Below, one piece after another: positions 10,136 to 20,325 of a DNA stretch of 64,000 nucleotides. The position numbers and the translations under genes were made by a program. The notes beneath the pieces were generated by a model. That model had not been told where the DNA came from. It searched no databases and saw only the letters and a program-made list of their open reading frames with translations. Source of the stretch: Pseudomonadota bacterium (GTDB lineage Bacteria > Pseudomonadota > Gammaproteobacteria > Steroidobacterales > Rariloculaceae); contig JAYZFC010000006.1 in the NCBI GenBank assembly GCA_036337035.1, positions 18,194 to 82,193 on the forward strand, written 5' to 3'. Numbering within the stretch: the first letter of the stretch is position 1; every line of letters begins with the position of its first letter.

Positions 10136-10372
10136 AAAAATGTGAGTAAGTCTAAAATTTGATAAAAATAGATACGAATGAATGAATTAGATATAAATCT
10201 TACACAATTATCTATATATAAAATTAAGAAAATTGCTATTTCAGTACCTAAAAATACTGAAATGTAGGAAATTACTGACAATTACTATATAAAGCAAATA
10301 CCTACTTGTCTTTCAATAAATCCACACGTATCCTATTCATCCTTATTATAAAAATTAGTAATTTAACTTAGT

Positions 10373-10582
10373 ATGAAATCAGAAATCCATCCAAAATATA
10401 GTGATATAAAAGTGACGTGTAGTTGTGGTAATTCCTTTATGACCAAATCAACTATCTCTGAGAATCTAAATATTGAAGTCTGTTCGCAATGCCATCCTTT
10501 CTACACAGGTAAACAAAAGATTGTAGACTCTGGGGGAAGAGTAGATAAATTCAAGAAAAGATACAGAAAAAGCAAGGAATAA
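10373..10582 (+). CDS. rpmE: 50S ribosomal protein L31 (zinc-ribbon type)
   Basis: [13 protein letters not shown]...[12 protein letters not shown] signature, 69 aa. Confidence 0.95.
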   Translation: MKSEIHPKYSDIKVTCSCGNSFMTKSTISENLNIEVCSQCHPFYTGKQKIVDSGGRVDKFKKRYRKSKE

Positions 10583-10599
10583 ATAAGTGAGAAGCTTAT

Positions 10600-11898
10600 A
10601 TGTCAAAGAATAATTATACGCTTGAAAGCTCAGATGTTGGAAAAAGAATTGATCTTATAGAGCACAAAGGATCAGTTGGCCCTTCTGTTGTTGATGTTAC
10701 ATCAATTTATGAGCTGCAAGGAGTCTTTACATTCGATCCAGGTTTTGCATCAACGGCTTGCTGTAAAAGTGATATAACATATATAGATGGGGAAAAAGGA
10801 ATATTAATGTATAGGGGCTACCCTATAGAAGCCTTAGCTAAATCATCAAATTTTCTTGAAGTATCTTATTTGTTACTTAATGGAGAGCTACCTAATAAAG
10901 AACAAATGGAAAACTTCAAAACAATAATAGGTAATGATTTAAAACTAGATCAAATAATACTGAATGTACTAAAAGCCTTTAATGCGAATGCTCACCCAAT
11001 GGCAATCTTGTCAGCAGCACTTAGCTCTATGGCAGCACTCCATAATGATTCTGTAAATATAAGCAATAAAGATGACAGGAAGAGTTTTAATATCAAAATT
11101 ATTGCGCAAGTTCCTATTATAGCATCTGCAGCATTTAGACATATTAGTAATAAAGATTTTATAGCCCCAAATAAATCACTTGGATATTGTGACAATATTC
11201 TTAACATGTTTTTTGCTGATACAAATTCTAACTTTGAAATCAATCCGATAACTTCAGAAGCTCTTGATCTTTTATTAATACTTCACGCAGATCACGAACA
11301 AAATTGCAGCACATCTACTGTAAGGATGTCAGGAAGTTCAGGTGTCAACCCGTATGCTGCAATTGCTGCAGGTGTAACTGCTCTTTGGGGTCCTGCTCAT
11401 GGTGGAGCAAATGAAGCAGTAATAAATATGCTAGATCAAATAGAATCTATTGACCAGATAGATACTTATGTTAATAAAGCTAAAGATAAAAAAGATCCCT
11501 TTAGGCTAATGGGCTTTGGGCATAGGGTTTACAAAAACTATGATCCGAGAGCTACAATTATTAGAGAAATGTGTCATCGAGTACTCAATAGTCTTGGTCA
11601 AAAAAGCTCACCTATATTAGATAAGGCAATCAAATTAGAAGAAATAGCATTAAAAGACGATTACTTTATTGAGAAAAATCTTTACCCAAATGTTGATTTT
11701 TACTCTGGAATTATCTATCAGGCAATAGGGATACCAAAATCTATGTTTACAGTAATGTTTGCAATAGCTAGATGTGCGGGATGGCTTGCTCACTGGAATG
11801 AAATGATTGAAGATCCATTAACTAGAATAGGCAGACCAAGACAGCTTTATACCGGCGCCAAAGAAAGAAGCTATATAGCAATAAAAGATAGGAATTAA
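10600..11898 (+). CDS. gltA: citrate synthase (type II)
   Basis: GFGHRVYKNYDPRA and HADHEQNCSTS signatures, 432 aa. Confidence 0.95.
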   Translation: MSKNNYTLESSDVGKRIDLIEHKGSVGPSVVDVTSIYELQGVFTFDPGFASTACCKSDITYIDGEKGILMYRGYPIEALAKSSNFLEVSYLLLNGELPNKEQMENFKTIIGNDLKLDQIILNVLKAFNANAHPMAILSAALSSMAALHNDSVNISNKDDRKSFNIKIIAQVPIIASAAFRHISNKDFIAPNKSLGYCDNILNMFFADTNSNFEINPITSEALDLLLILHADHEQNCSTSTVRMSGSSGVNPYAAIAAGVTALWGPAHGGANEAVINMLDQIESIDQIDTYVNKAKDKKDPFRLMGFGHRVYKNYDPRATIIREMCHRVLNSLGQKSSPILDKAIKLEEIALKDDYFIEKNLYPNVDFYSGIIYQAIGIPKSMFTVMFAIARCAGWLAHWNEMIEDPLTRIGRPRQLYTGAKERSYIAIKDRN

Positions 11899-12503
11899 AT
11901 ACCTTTATTCATTAAAGATAATAGTTTTATTCTGCCAATACCCTTCATAGGTCTTCTATCAATTGGGCTTAAAGGAGGATTATGCTCACTTTTTTTTCCA
12001 AATACCATCAAATGAATCACTATATCTTCTATAGCAAAAGAAAACCCAGGAATATTGAATCTAGATTTTCCGTGAAATTGATACCTTTTTTGAAAGTTTT
12101 TAAACTGTAAATTTTCCTTTTCAAGAATAATAATAAGGTCCTCTATAACATCAGTAAATACATGTATCTCAACTGGCGAATTAAATGATGCACTACCAGA
12201 ATACACCGAACCTACCAACCTGGGGGAAAAATCCTTAACTATCCCCATAATCTTTAAAGCTAAACATCTCATCTCAACTAAATGGCCTATAGTATTATTT
12301 TTATCAACATTATTGTGCCACTCTAATATACTATTCTCTATTTCAATATTCCTAGGCAGGATGCTCATAGAATCAACGCCATGTCTCTGTGCTGCCTTTC
12401 TTTTAGCTAATCCATAATCTTGAATTCCATTTTCTAAAATAATCCTAGCTGCTTCCTTTGCTAAAATTTTCCTCATATGAATTTTGTTATTTTGTTTATT
12501 CAT
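11895..12503 (-). CDS. conserved hypothetical protein, function unknown
   Basis: 202-aa ORF lying 7 nt downstream of mrcA on the same strand, with no signal peptide or TM segment. I recognise no definite family. Confidence 0.6.
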   Translation of the reverse strand: MNKQNNKIHMRKILAKEAARIILENGIQDYGLAKRKAAQRHGVDSMSILPRNIEIENSILEWHNNVDKNNTIGHLVEMRCLALKIMGIVKDFSPRLVGSVYSGSASFNSPVEIHVFTDVIEDLIIILEKENLQFKNFQKRYQFHGKSRFNIPGFSFAIEDIVIHLMVFGKKSEHNPPLSPIDRRPMKGIGRIKLLSLMNKGI

Positions 12504-12510
12504 TTATAAA

Positions 12511-14997
12511 TTAAAAAATAGACTCTATTTTAATTTCATCATCTTCAGGACTATCTAGCAAATCTTTTTCAGATAGTAAAAGCGATTCCTGTATCTCTCT
12601 TTGTGGAACATGATCAGTTCTAAATTTTTCAAAAATAGTTTCTTGACTCAATGAAGAAGTAGTCAAACCACTTTCCGGGTTAATCCTTACATTCACTATA
12701 CCTAAAGGCTGTTCCAATATTTTGTTCTCTACTCCTCTAAGAGCCTCTTGCATAAATTCTATCCACATAGGAAGAGCTGTTCTTCCGCCCTCTTCGTATC
12801 GCCCTAGAGACCTCTCTTGATCAAAGCCAACCCAAGTTGCTGCTACTATATCCTGATTAAAGCCAGCAAACCATGCATCTCTTCTATCATTAGAGGTGCC
12901 CGTCTTGCCTGATAAATCTTCACGGCCCAAAATATTATAAGCTCTTCTGCCGGTTCCTCTTTTGATAACATCTCCCATCATGTCGGTTATAAGATAAGCA
13001 TTTTCTGCAGAAATAATTCTTGGCGCAAAAATTTGTTCTGGGTATAACATAAATGCCTCATCAATTAATTTTCTTTCTGTGGAAGGTAGTAAATTTTTTT
13101 CATCACAACTAGAACAAACTAGTTTTGGAGAGGCTTCGAATAGAATATTACCATCTCTATCTTCAACTCTTTGAATGAAGTAACTTTCTACCTTGTACCC
13201 ACCATTAGCAAAAGTAGCATATCCATTTACTAAATCTAAAGGTGATATGCCTCCAGCTCCTAGAGCAAGAGTAGCATTTTCAGGAAGAGCTACTTCATCA
13301 AACCCAAAATTTTCTAAGTACTCTACAGTATTAGATATTCCAGTCTGCTGAACAACTCTGACTGAAACTAAATTTAAAGATCTCACTAGAGCTTCTCGAA
13401 GTCGAGTTGGTCCATTAAATCTTCCATCATAATTTTCTGGTCTCCAGACTGATTCAAGCTCTTGACTGGATTCTACTATGGGAGCGTCATTAACTATTGT
13501 TGCTGCTGTAAAGCCATTTTCTAATGCTGCTGAATAAACAAAAGGCTTAAAAGATGAGCCGGGTTGTCTCTTTGACTGAACAGCCCTATTATAATTACTT
13601 AAATCAAAATCATAACCTCCAACTAGAGAGATAATGGCTCCATCTTGTGGATCCAAAGCAACTATGGCACCTTGAACTTCTGGCTTTTGAGTCAAATTTA
13701 AGCTATCCCTATCAAAAAGAGCCACATCTCCTATATTCAAAACATCCGAAATAAATTCAGGGTCAGGTCCTACACTGTCATCGCTTAAATACCTTCTTGC
13801 CCAGCTAACCGACTCTATACCTATACTTTCAAGCCCTTGACCTGCAAAAAAAATAACTGCTGTCTCATTGTTAAATCTGTTATCTATATTTAAATCAACA
13901 ACAAGACCAACCTGAGAATCATCTGAATTAAATGCTGAGTAACTCTGAATAATATCTAACCATAATTTATTTTGTTGTTCTGGATCAGGAGAAACTAAGC
14001 TTTCTGGTTCTAGAGAAGATATGACACCTTTATAGCCGTGTCTTTCATCATAAGATTTTAAAGTATTCTTTAAAGCATTCATTGCCTTTTCCTGTAGACG
14101 GCTATCTATAGTGGTAGTAACCTTCAAGCCTGAGCTCAAAGCTGATGATCCAAATCTTCTCACCATCTCTAATCTAACCATTTCAGCTAAATATCTTGCA
14201 TCTATTCCTATTTCTCTATCGTACCTTATGCTTTCAACCCTAGTATCTAGAGCCTCTTGAAAATCTGACTCAGAAATATAATCTAGCTCCCTCATCCGTC
14301 TTAATACATAAGCCCTCCTGAGCATTGCTCTCTGAGGACTATTATATGGATTATTTATTGATGGGCCTTGAGGTATACCAGCTAATATAGCTACCTCTGA
14401 AATAGTTAAATCAATTAAATCCTTATTAAAAAACCTCTGAGCTGCTGCTGATACTCCTGTTGAGTGCTGTCCAAAAAAAGTACCATTAAGATATAATTCT
14501 AAAATTTCTTCTTTTGTAAATTCACTTTCAATCCTAATAGATAAAATAAGTTCTTTAAACTTTCTTACAAATGTCTTATCTCTTGATAACGCATAAGTTC
14601 TAGCAACCTGATTAGTAATAGTGCTGCCGCCCTGATTGATCTCACCACCACTAACTATAAAATTAATCCCGGCTCTTATATAACCTTGATAATCAAAACC
14701 AGGATGAGAGAAAAAACGGTCATCTTCTGCAGCTAAGAAAGCGTTGATAACAATCTCAGGAATATCTTCATAGTTAGTTTCTACTCTTCTTGTAGCGCCA
14801 AATTCGTAGATAAAATCTCCATCTCTACTATATATTCGTAAAGGAGTCTCTAGCCGCTCATCTCTAATAGATTGTGCTTCAGGAAGGGTTGGAGCCACAT
14901 AATAGTACGCTCCAGACATAAGACTGCCAAAAATAAACCCCGTTATTAAAAAATAAATAACAAATAAACTGAAAATTTTTTGATAATTTTCTATCAT
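12511..14997 (-). CDS. mrcA: penicillin-binding protein 1A (bifunctional transglycosylase/transpeptidase)
   Basis: N-terminal TM anchor, glycosyltransferase motifs EDDRFFSHPG and GGSTITNQ, transpeptidase SSFKP and KTGTS. Confidence 0.93.
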   Translation of the reverse strand: MIENYQKIFSLFVIYFLITGFIFGSLMSGAYYYVAPTLPEAQSIRDERLETPLRIYSRDGDFIYEFGATRRVETNYEDIPEIVINAFLAAEDDRFFSHPGFDYQGYIRAGINFIVSGGEINQGGSTITNQVARTYALSRDKTFVRKFKELILSIRIESEFTKEEILELYLNGTFFGQHSTGVSAAAQRFFNKDLIDLTISEVAILAGIPQGPSINNPYNSPQRAMLRRAYVLRRMRELDYISESDFQEALDTRVESIRYDREIGIDARYLAEMVRLEMVRRFGSSALSSGLKVTTTIDSRLQEKAMNALKNTLKSYDERHGYKGVISSLEPESLVSPDPEQQNKLWLDIIQSYSAFNSDDSQVGLVVDLNIDNRFNNETAVIFFAGQGLESIGIESVSWARRYLSDDSVGPDPEFISDVLNIGDVALFDRDSLNLTQKPEVQGAIVALDPQDGAIISLVGGYDFDLSNYNRAVQSKRQPGSSFKPFVYSAALENGFTAATIVNDAPIVESSQELESVWRPENYDGRFNGPTRLREALVRSLNLVSVRVVQQTGISNTVEYLENFGFDEVALPENATLALGAGGISPLDLVNGYATFANGGYKVESYFIQRVEDRDGNILFEASPKLVCSSCDEKNLLPSTERKLIDEAFMLYPEQIFAPRIISAENAYLITDMMGDVIKRGTGRRAYNILGREDLSGKTGTSNDRRDAWFAGFNQDIVAATWVGFDQERSLGRYEEGGRTALPMWIEFMQEALRGVENKILEQPLGIVNVRINPESGLTTSSLSQETIFEKFRTDHVPQREIQESLLLSEKDLLDSPEDDEIKIESIF

Positions 14998-15047
14998 AAA
15001 AAAATTACTATTACTCTTTAATACTAATTTTAATATATTATCTCAAG

Positions 15048-15575
15048 ATGAAAGAAATAACGAATATTTATCTAGTTGGCCCTATGGGCTCTGGAAAAAC
15101 TACGATAGGAAATAAATTAGCAAAAGAACTAAAACTTAATTTCTATGATACCGACAAAGAAATAGAGCTTAAAACAGGGGTGGAAATATCCTATATATTT
15201 GAGAAGGAAGGAGAGGCAGGCTTTAGAATTAGAGAAAAAGAGGCTATTCGTAAACTAACGAAGCTAGAATCTATTGTTCTTTCAACAGGTGGTGGCTCTA
15301 TAATTAATAAAGAGGTAAGAGAAAATCTAAAGGATACAGGCATAATTATTTTTCTAGAAGCTAGTATTGAAAAACAATTATTACAAACAGGCTATAATGA
15401 TAATAGACCATTATTAAATAATGGAGATAAGCGAAGCAAACTCGAGAAACTTTATAAATTAAGAAAACCTATTTATAAAAATATTGCTGATATTGAGATT
15501 AATACTAACAATAAAAATATAAAACGTATAATTGAAGATATAAAGAAAAAACTAAATCTATTTAAAAAAAAATAA
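15048..15575 (+). CDS. aroK: shikimate kinase
   Basis: P-loop GPMGSGKTT, aroK-aroB pairing. Confidence 0.93.
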   Translation: MKEITNIYLVGPMGSGKTTIGNKLAKELKLNFYDTDKEIELKTGVEISYIFEKEGEAGFRIREKEAIRKLTKLESIVLSTGGGSIINKEVRENLKDTGIIIFLEASIEKQLLQTGYNDNRPLLNNGDKRSKLEKLYKLRKPIYKNIADIEINTNNKNIKRIIEDIKKKLNLFKKK

Positions 15576-15595
15576 TAAACGAAAAGGTTAGTTGT

Positions 15596-16675
15596 ATGGA
15601 AAATTTAGTGGTCCCAATAAAAAATAAGAGCTACGAGATTTATATAGGCTCAGGACTTCTTTCTACCAATAAAATTTTTGATGATAATGTTTATAGTGAC
15701 CAGGTACTTATTGTCACTAATAATATAGTGGCCCCGCTGTATCTAGACACAGTAAAAGCAAGCCTTAAAAATAAAGATATTGCTTCAATTATTCTGAAAG
15801 ATGGAGAAAACCAGAAAAATTTAGATAGCTTTTCAAAGATAATTGATAAACTAATTAAAAATAAATTTAATAGAGAATCATATATTATAGCACTAGGTGG
15901 TGGTGTGATTGGAGATATAGCTGGCTTTGCAGCAGCATCCTATCAAAGAGGGATAAATTACATACAAGTACCTACTACATTATTAGCTCAAGTAGATTCT
16001 TCAATTGGAGGAAAGACTGCAGTTAATCATATAAAAGCGAAGAATATGATCGGGGCTTTTTATCAACCTAAATGTGTAATTTCAGATACTGATACACTAA
16101 ATACACTTCCCAAAAGAGAATTTCTATCTGGCTTAGCAGAAGTAATTAAACATAGCCTGATTATGGATCCTGAGTTTTTTGATTGGCTAGAATCTAACTA
16201 TGAAAAAGTTATCAATTATGATAAGAAGTCTCTTAAATTTTTGATTAAAAAAAACTGCGAGCTGAAGTCTTCAATTGTTGCAGAAGATGAAAAAGAAAAA
16301 GGAATTAGAGCTCTTCTAAATCTTGGTCATACATTTGGCCATGCTCTAGAAACAATGACAGGATATAATAAGCTACTGCATGGGGAAGCTGTTGCAATAG
16401 GTATAAGTATAGTTTCACAAATTTCTTACGAACTAGGGTTATTAGGTAGTGATAATCTAGATAGAATTATTAAAATTTTTAATAACGTGGGTTTACCAAC
16501 GAAAATTGATAAAATAGATCCAGAAGAGCTTATTGATTGTATCTACTTAGATAAAAAAATAGATTTATCAGGGCTAAGACTGATACTGCTCAATAAAATA
16601 GGTAAAGCTTCAATAATACAAGCTCCAGAAAAAATTAAACTAATTTCCTTACTAAAAAAAATATTAAATGGTTAA
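15596..16675 (+). CDS. aroB: 3-dehydroquinate synthase
   Basis: GGGVIGDIAGFAAA, GGKTAVN, NLGHTFGHA motifs. Confidence 0.95.
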   Translation: MENLVVPIKNKSYEIYIGSGLLSTNKIFDDNVYSDQVLIVTNNIVAPLYLDTVKASLKNKDIASIILKDGENQKNLDSFSKIIDKLIKNKFNRESYIIALGGGVIGDIAGFAAASYQRGINYIQVPTTLLAQVDSSIGGKTAVNHIKAKNMIGAFYQPKCVISDTDTLNTLPKREFLSGLAEVIKHSLIMDPEFFDWLESNYEKVINYDKKSLKFLIKKNCELKSSIVAEDEKEKGIRALLNLGHTFGHALETMTGYNKLLHGEAVAIGISIVSQISYELGLLGSDNLDRIIKIFNNVGLPTKIDKIDPEELIDCIYLDKKIDLSGLRLILLNKIGKASIIQAPEKIKLISLLKKILNG

Positions 16676-16684
16676 CTATTTAAA

Positions 16685-17830
16685 GTGGAAAATAACTTAA
16701 AAGTATACGCCGCTTCTTCAACTACATCTAAAGGAAGAATTTATAAAGAAAAAATAAGAGGTACAAGAACTGAATTCCAGAGAGATAGAGATAGAGTTAT
16801 ACACTCTTCAGGTTTTAGAAGGCTTGTATACAAAACACAAGTTTTTGTAAATCATGAAGGTGACATGTATAGAACTAGACTCACCCACTCTTTAGAAGTT
16901 GCACAAATAGGCAGAACTATAGCTAGAGCTCTTAGCTTAAACGAAGATTTAGTAGAAGCAATATGCCTAGCTCACGACTTAGGACACACACCATTTGGTC
17001 ATGCTGGTCAAGATGCTCTGAATGAATGCATGCTGAAATATGGTGGATTTGAACATAACCTTCAATCGCTTAGGCTAGTAGACTATCTTGAAAATAAATA
17101 TTTAGAATTCCCTGGATTAAATCTTACATTCGAAACACGCGAAGGTATTCTAAAACACTGTTCAAGCAAAAATGCAAAATCTTTAGGGGAAATAGGCCTA
17201 AGATTTATCAATAATCAGCGTCCTAGTCTAGAGGCACAAATTGCCAATGTTGCTGATGAAATTGCCTATAATCACCATGATATAGATGATGGTTTAAGAT
17301 CTGAGCTGATAGATATTAAAGAATTTTGTCAATTATCTTTAGCTAAAAGTGAATCAGAAATTATTAATAAGGAGTATAAAAATATAAATAAACGACAATT
17401 TATAAATGAAATAGTAAGAAGAATGATCAATCAATTTGTAAATGATATTGTTATGAAAAGCAGTAACTTAATAAACGAAATATCCCCTAAAAATATTAAT
17501 GATATCAGAAATGCACCGCAGTTAATCAGATATAGTAAGAAATACTCAATAATAAATTCTGAGATAAAAAGTTTTTTATATGACAAACTTTATAATCACC
17601 CAAAAGTTAAAGAAATGACTGATCAAGCAGAAACTATAATAAAGTTTCTATTTAAAAAATACTCTAATCAATATAGCTTAATGTCAGAAGAAAATAGATT
17701 ACTCGCAGATAATAAGACCAAAAAAGAAGGAATAAAGGGTGGTGCAAGGGTAGTATGTGATTATATAGCTGGAATGACAGATAGATATGCCTTAGAACAG
17801 TACAATAAACTAAATAATAATAAAGTTTAG
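16685..17830 (+). CDS. dgt: dGTP triphosphohydrolase-like HD-domain protein
   Basis: GTG start. FQRDRDRVIHS, RTRLTHSLEV, AHDLGHTPFGH motifs. Confidence 0.85.
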   Translation: MENNLKVYAASSTTSKGRIYKEKIRGTRTEFQRDRDRVIHSSGFRRLVYKTQVFVNHEGDMYRTRLTHSLEVAQIGRTIARALSLNEDLVEAICLAHDLGHTPFGHAGQDALNECMLKYGGFEHNLQSLRLVDYLENKYLEFPGLNLTFETREGILKHCSSKNAKSLGEIGLRFINNQRPSLEAQIANVADEIAYNHHDIDDGLRSELIDIKEFCQLSLAKSESEIINKEYKNINKRQFINEIVRRMINQFVNDIVMKSSNLINEISPKNINDIRNAPQLIRYSKKYSIINSEIKSFLYDKLYNHPKVKEMTDQAETIIKFLFKKYSNQYSLMSEENRLLADNKTKKEGIKGGARVVCDYIAGMTDRYALEQYNKLNNNKV

Positions 17831-17853
17831 CTTAATATTATAGGATTAAAGAG

Positions 17854-18570
17854 ATGATAATTAAAAAAAATGGTTTTGATGATAAAGATCGTCTAATTGT
17901 AGCACTTGATCTACCAGATATAGAAAAAGCAAAAAAACTTGTTTTGGAGCTAGGGGATTCTGTAAATTTCTACAAAGTAGGGCTAGAGCTTGCCATGTCA
18001 GGAAATTATTTTGAGTTGATACACTTCCTTATTAATAATAATAAGAAAGTTTTTGCTGACCTAAAGTTTTATGATGTTCCTAATACAGTATCCTCAGCTA
18101 TAAAGCAGTTAAATAAATTGGATATAGACTTTGCTACAGTTCATGGTGATAGATCAATCATAGAAGCTGCCGCTAATAGTAAAAAAAATAACTTAAAAAT
18201 ACTTGCGGTCACAGTTCTTACAAGCATGGATAAAAAAGACTTATCTGATTACGGCATAGGATACAATATAAAAGAATTGGTTTTAATAAGAGCGAAATTA
18301 GCTTCTGAAAGTGGTATTGATGGAATAGTATCCTCAGGACATGAAACTAAAGATATTAGAAAATCTCTTGGTAAAGATCTTATTATTGTGAATCCAGGAA
18401 TTAGACCTTCAAACAACCAATCAAAAGATGATCAAAAAAGAATTGTGACAGCTGCGACCGCAATTAATAATGGAGCTGACTTTATAGTTGTAGGTAGGCC
18501 AATCAGAAATTCTAAAAGTCCAAGAAAAACTGCAGAACAGCTACAAACAGAGATAGCTAACTCTCTTTAA
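17854..18570 (+). CDS. pyrF: orotidine 5'-phosphate decarboxylase
   Basis: LIVALD, FADLKFYDVPNT, VVGRPI motifs. Confidence 0.92.
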   Translation: MIIKKNGFDDKDRLIVALDLPDIEKAKKLVLELGDSVNFYKVGLELAMSGNYFELIHFLINNNKKVFADLKFYDVPNTVSSAIKQLNKLDIDFATVHGDRSIIEAAANSKKNNLKILAVTVLTSMDKKDLSDYGIGYNIKELVLIRAKLASESGIDGIVSSGHETKDIRKSLGKDLIIVNPGIRPSNNQSKDDQKRIVTAATAINNGADFIVVGRPIRNSKSPRKTAEQLQTEIANSL

Positions 18571-20212
18571 GAGCCCTTTTAAGAATTTTTCCAACATTTG
18601 TTTTAGGAAGATCTTTACAAAATTCAATAGACTGAGGTATTTTATAACCAGTCAATCCTTTCCTACAATAATCAATTATGCTCTTACTTGTAAGGCTGTC
18701 ATCATTTGTTACAACAAATAATTTTATGGCTTCTCCAGAATCAGGATCAGGAATCCCAATAGCAGCAACTTCTATTATATCTGGATGAGTAATTACAAAA
18801 TCTTCTATTTCGCTGGGATATACATTAAAGCCAGAAACTATTATCATATCTGTTAATCTATCATCTATGTATAAATACCCATCTTCATCAATATGTCCTA
18901 AATCTCCACTATGAAACCAGCCATCTATGGAAATAGCTTTTTGTGTTGCTTCAGGATTATTCCAATATCCTTTCATAACCTGAGGGCCCTTTATACAGAT
19001 CTCGCCTATTTCATTAACAGGTAATGAATTACCTTTATTATCGACTATCTTAACTTCTGTTGAAGGAATTGGTAGCCCTGCTGCTCCATTAAAATCTGTT
19101 GCATCGATTAAAGTTGCGGAAACTACAGGTGAAGTTTCAGTTAAGCCATAACCTTGAACTATAGGCTTTCCAGTAACGTTCTTCCATTGTTCTGAGGTCT
19201 CTCTTTGAACTGCCATACCACCACCCAAAGCTAACTTCAAATTTCTAAAATCTATATCTTTAAACCCCGGATCTCTTAATAAAGCAGCATATAGGGTATT
19301 GACACCTGTTATATAAGAAAAGGAATATTTTTTAAGCTCTTTAACAAAGCTTGGGATATCTTTTGGATTTGTAATTAACAAATTATAAGCACCAAGATAC
19401 ATAAATAGGAATAAGTTCAGTGACAAGGAAAAAATATGGTACAGCGGCAAAGGAGTAACAATAATGTCACCTTTTTTGTGTATTGGCTTAGTCCAAGCAT
19501 CTAATTGACAAATATTTGTTATTATATTTTTATGAGTAAGCATTGCGCCTTTTGATAGGCCTGTTGTACCTCCTGTATATTGAAGGAATGCTATACTATC
19601 ACTTGATATATTAATCTTCTGATAATTGCTAATACTGTCTGAAAAAACATCTTTATAATTAACATAGTCTCTAATTTCCCAGCTTGGAATTGCTTTCTTA
19701 ATATACTTAAGAACGAAGTTAACTATATTTTTCTTCAGTGTTGGGAAATGATCTCCTAGTTTAGTAACAACTACCAACTCAATATCACTGTTATCAAGAG
19801 ATTGGGAAACAGTTTTAGCAAAATTTTCTAAAACTATTATTGCTTTTGCTCCACTATCTTTTAACTGATGACTTAACTCTCTTGATGTATAGAGAGGATT
19901 GACATTAACTACAATCATGCCTGCTCTCAAAATAGCCATTATTACAATTGGATATTGAAGAATATTTGGCATCATAACTGCTACTCTATCTCCAGTATTT
20001 AAAGAAGGATGTTTTTGCAAATAAACCGCTAACTTTTTACTTAATATATCAACTTCAGAATATGATAGCTCTACGCCCATATTGGCAAAAGCTACAGAGT
20101 CTTGATACCTAGAAAAACAATAATCAAAAATCTCTGTTAAAGTACCATATTGATTAGAATCTATTTCTGGTGGTACATCTTTTGGGTATGTCTTTAACCA
20201 TGGCTTATCCAT
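18557..20212 (-). CDS. fadD: long-chain fatty acid-CoA ligase (AMP-binding family)
   Basis: AMP-binding motif YTGGTTGLSKGAMLTH, plus GYGLTETSP and GDLG...DGYLYIDDR. Confidence 0.85.
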   Translation of the reverse strand: MDKPWLKTYPKDVPPEIDSNQYGTLTEIFDYCFSRYQDSVAFANMGVELSYSEVDILSKKLAVYLQKHPSLNTGDRVAVMMPNILQYPIVIMAILRAGMIVVNVNPLYTSRELSHQLKDSGAKAIIVLENFAKTVSQSLDNSDIELVVVTKLGDHFPTLKKNIVNFVLKYIKKAIPSWEIRDYVNYKDVFSDSISNYQKINISSDSIAFLQYTGGTTGLSKGAMLTHKNIITNICQLDAWTKPIHKKGDIIVTPLPLYHIFSLSLNLFLFMYLGAYNLLITNPKDIPSFVKELKKYSFSYITGVNTLYAALLRDPGFKDIDFRNLKLALGGGMAVQRETSEQWKNVTGKPIVQGYGLTETSPVVSATLIDATDFNGAAGLPIPSTEVKIVDNKGNSLPVNEIGEICIKGPQVMKGYWNNPEATQKAISIDGWFHSGDLGHIDEDGYLYIDDRLTDMIIVSGFNVYPSEIEDFVITHPDIIEVAAIGIPDPDSGEAIKLFVVTNDDSLTSKSIIDYCRKGLTGYKIPQSIEFCKDLPKTNVGKILKRALKES

Positions 20213-20325
20213 ATTTTTCTACTCTGGCTAAATGAAGTGGCTTTAACTATACAAATATATTTGGTTTATATCTATAAGCATGTTATTAAATAAGCTAAAT
20301 ATTTTATTAAATAGGCTATTTAAAG

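Noticed and set aside
10178-10267. A 29-codon ORF (MNELDINLTQLSIYKIKKIAISVPKNTEM) inside the rdgB-rpmE gap. A 17-codon ORF also lies at 9964-10017.
   Set aside because: No Shine-Dalgarno sequence, composition typical of random A/T-rich DNA, and overlap with the (GAAT)3 repeat. There is no support for coding.
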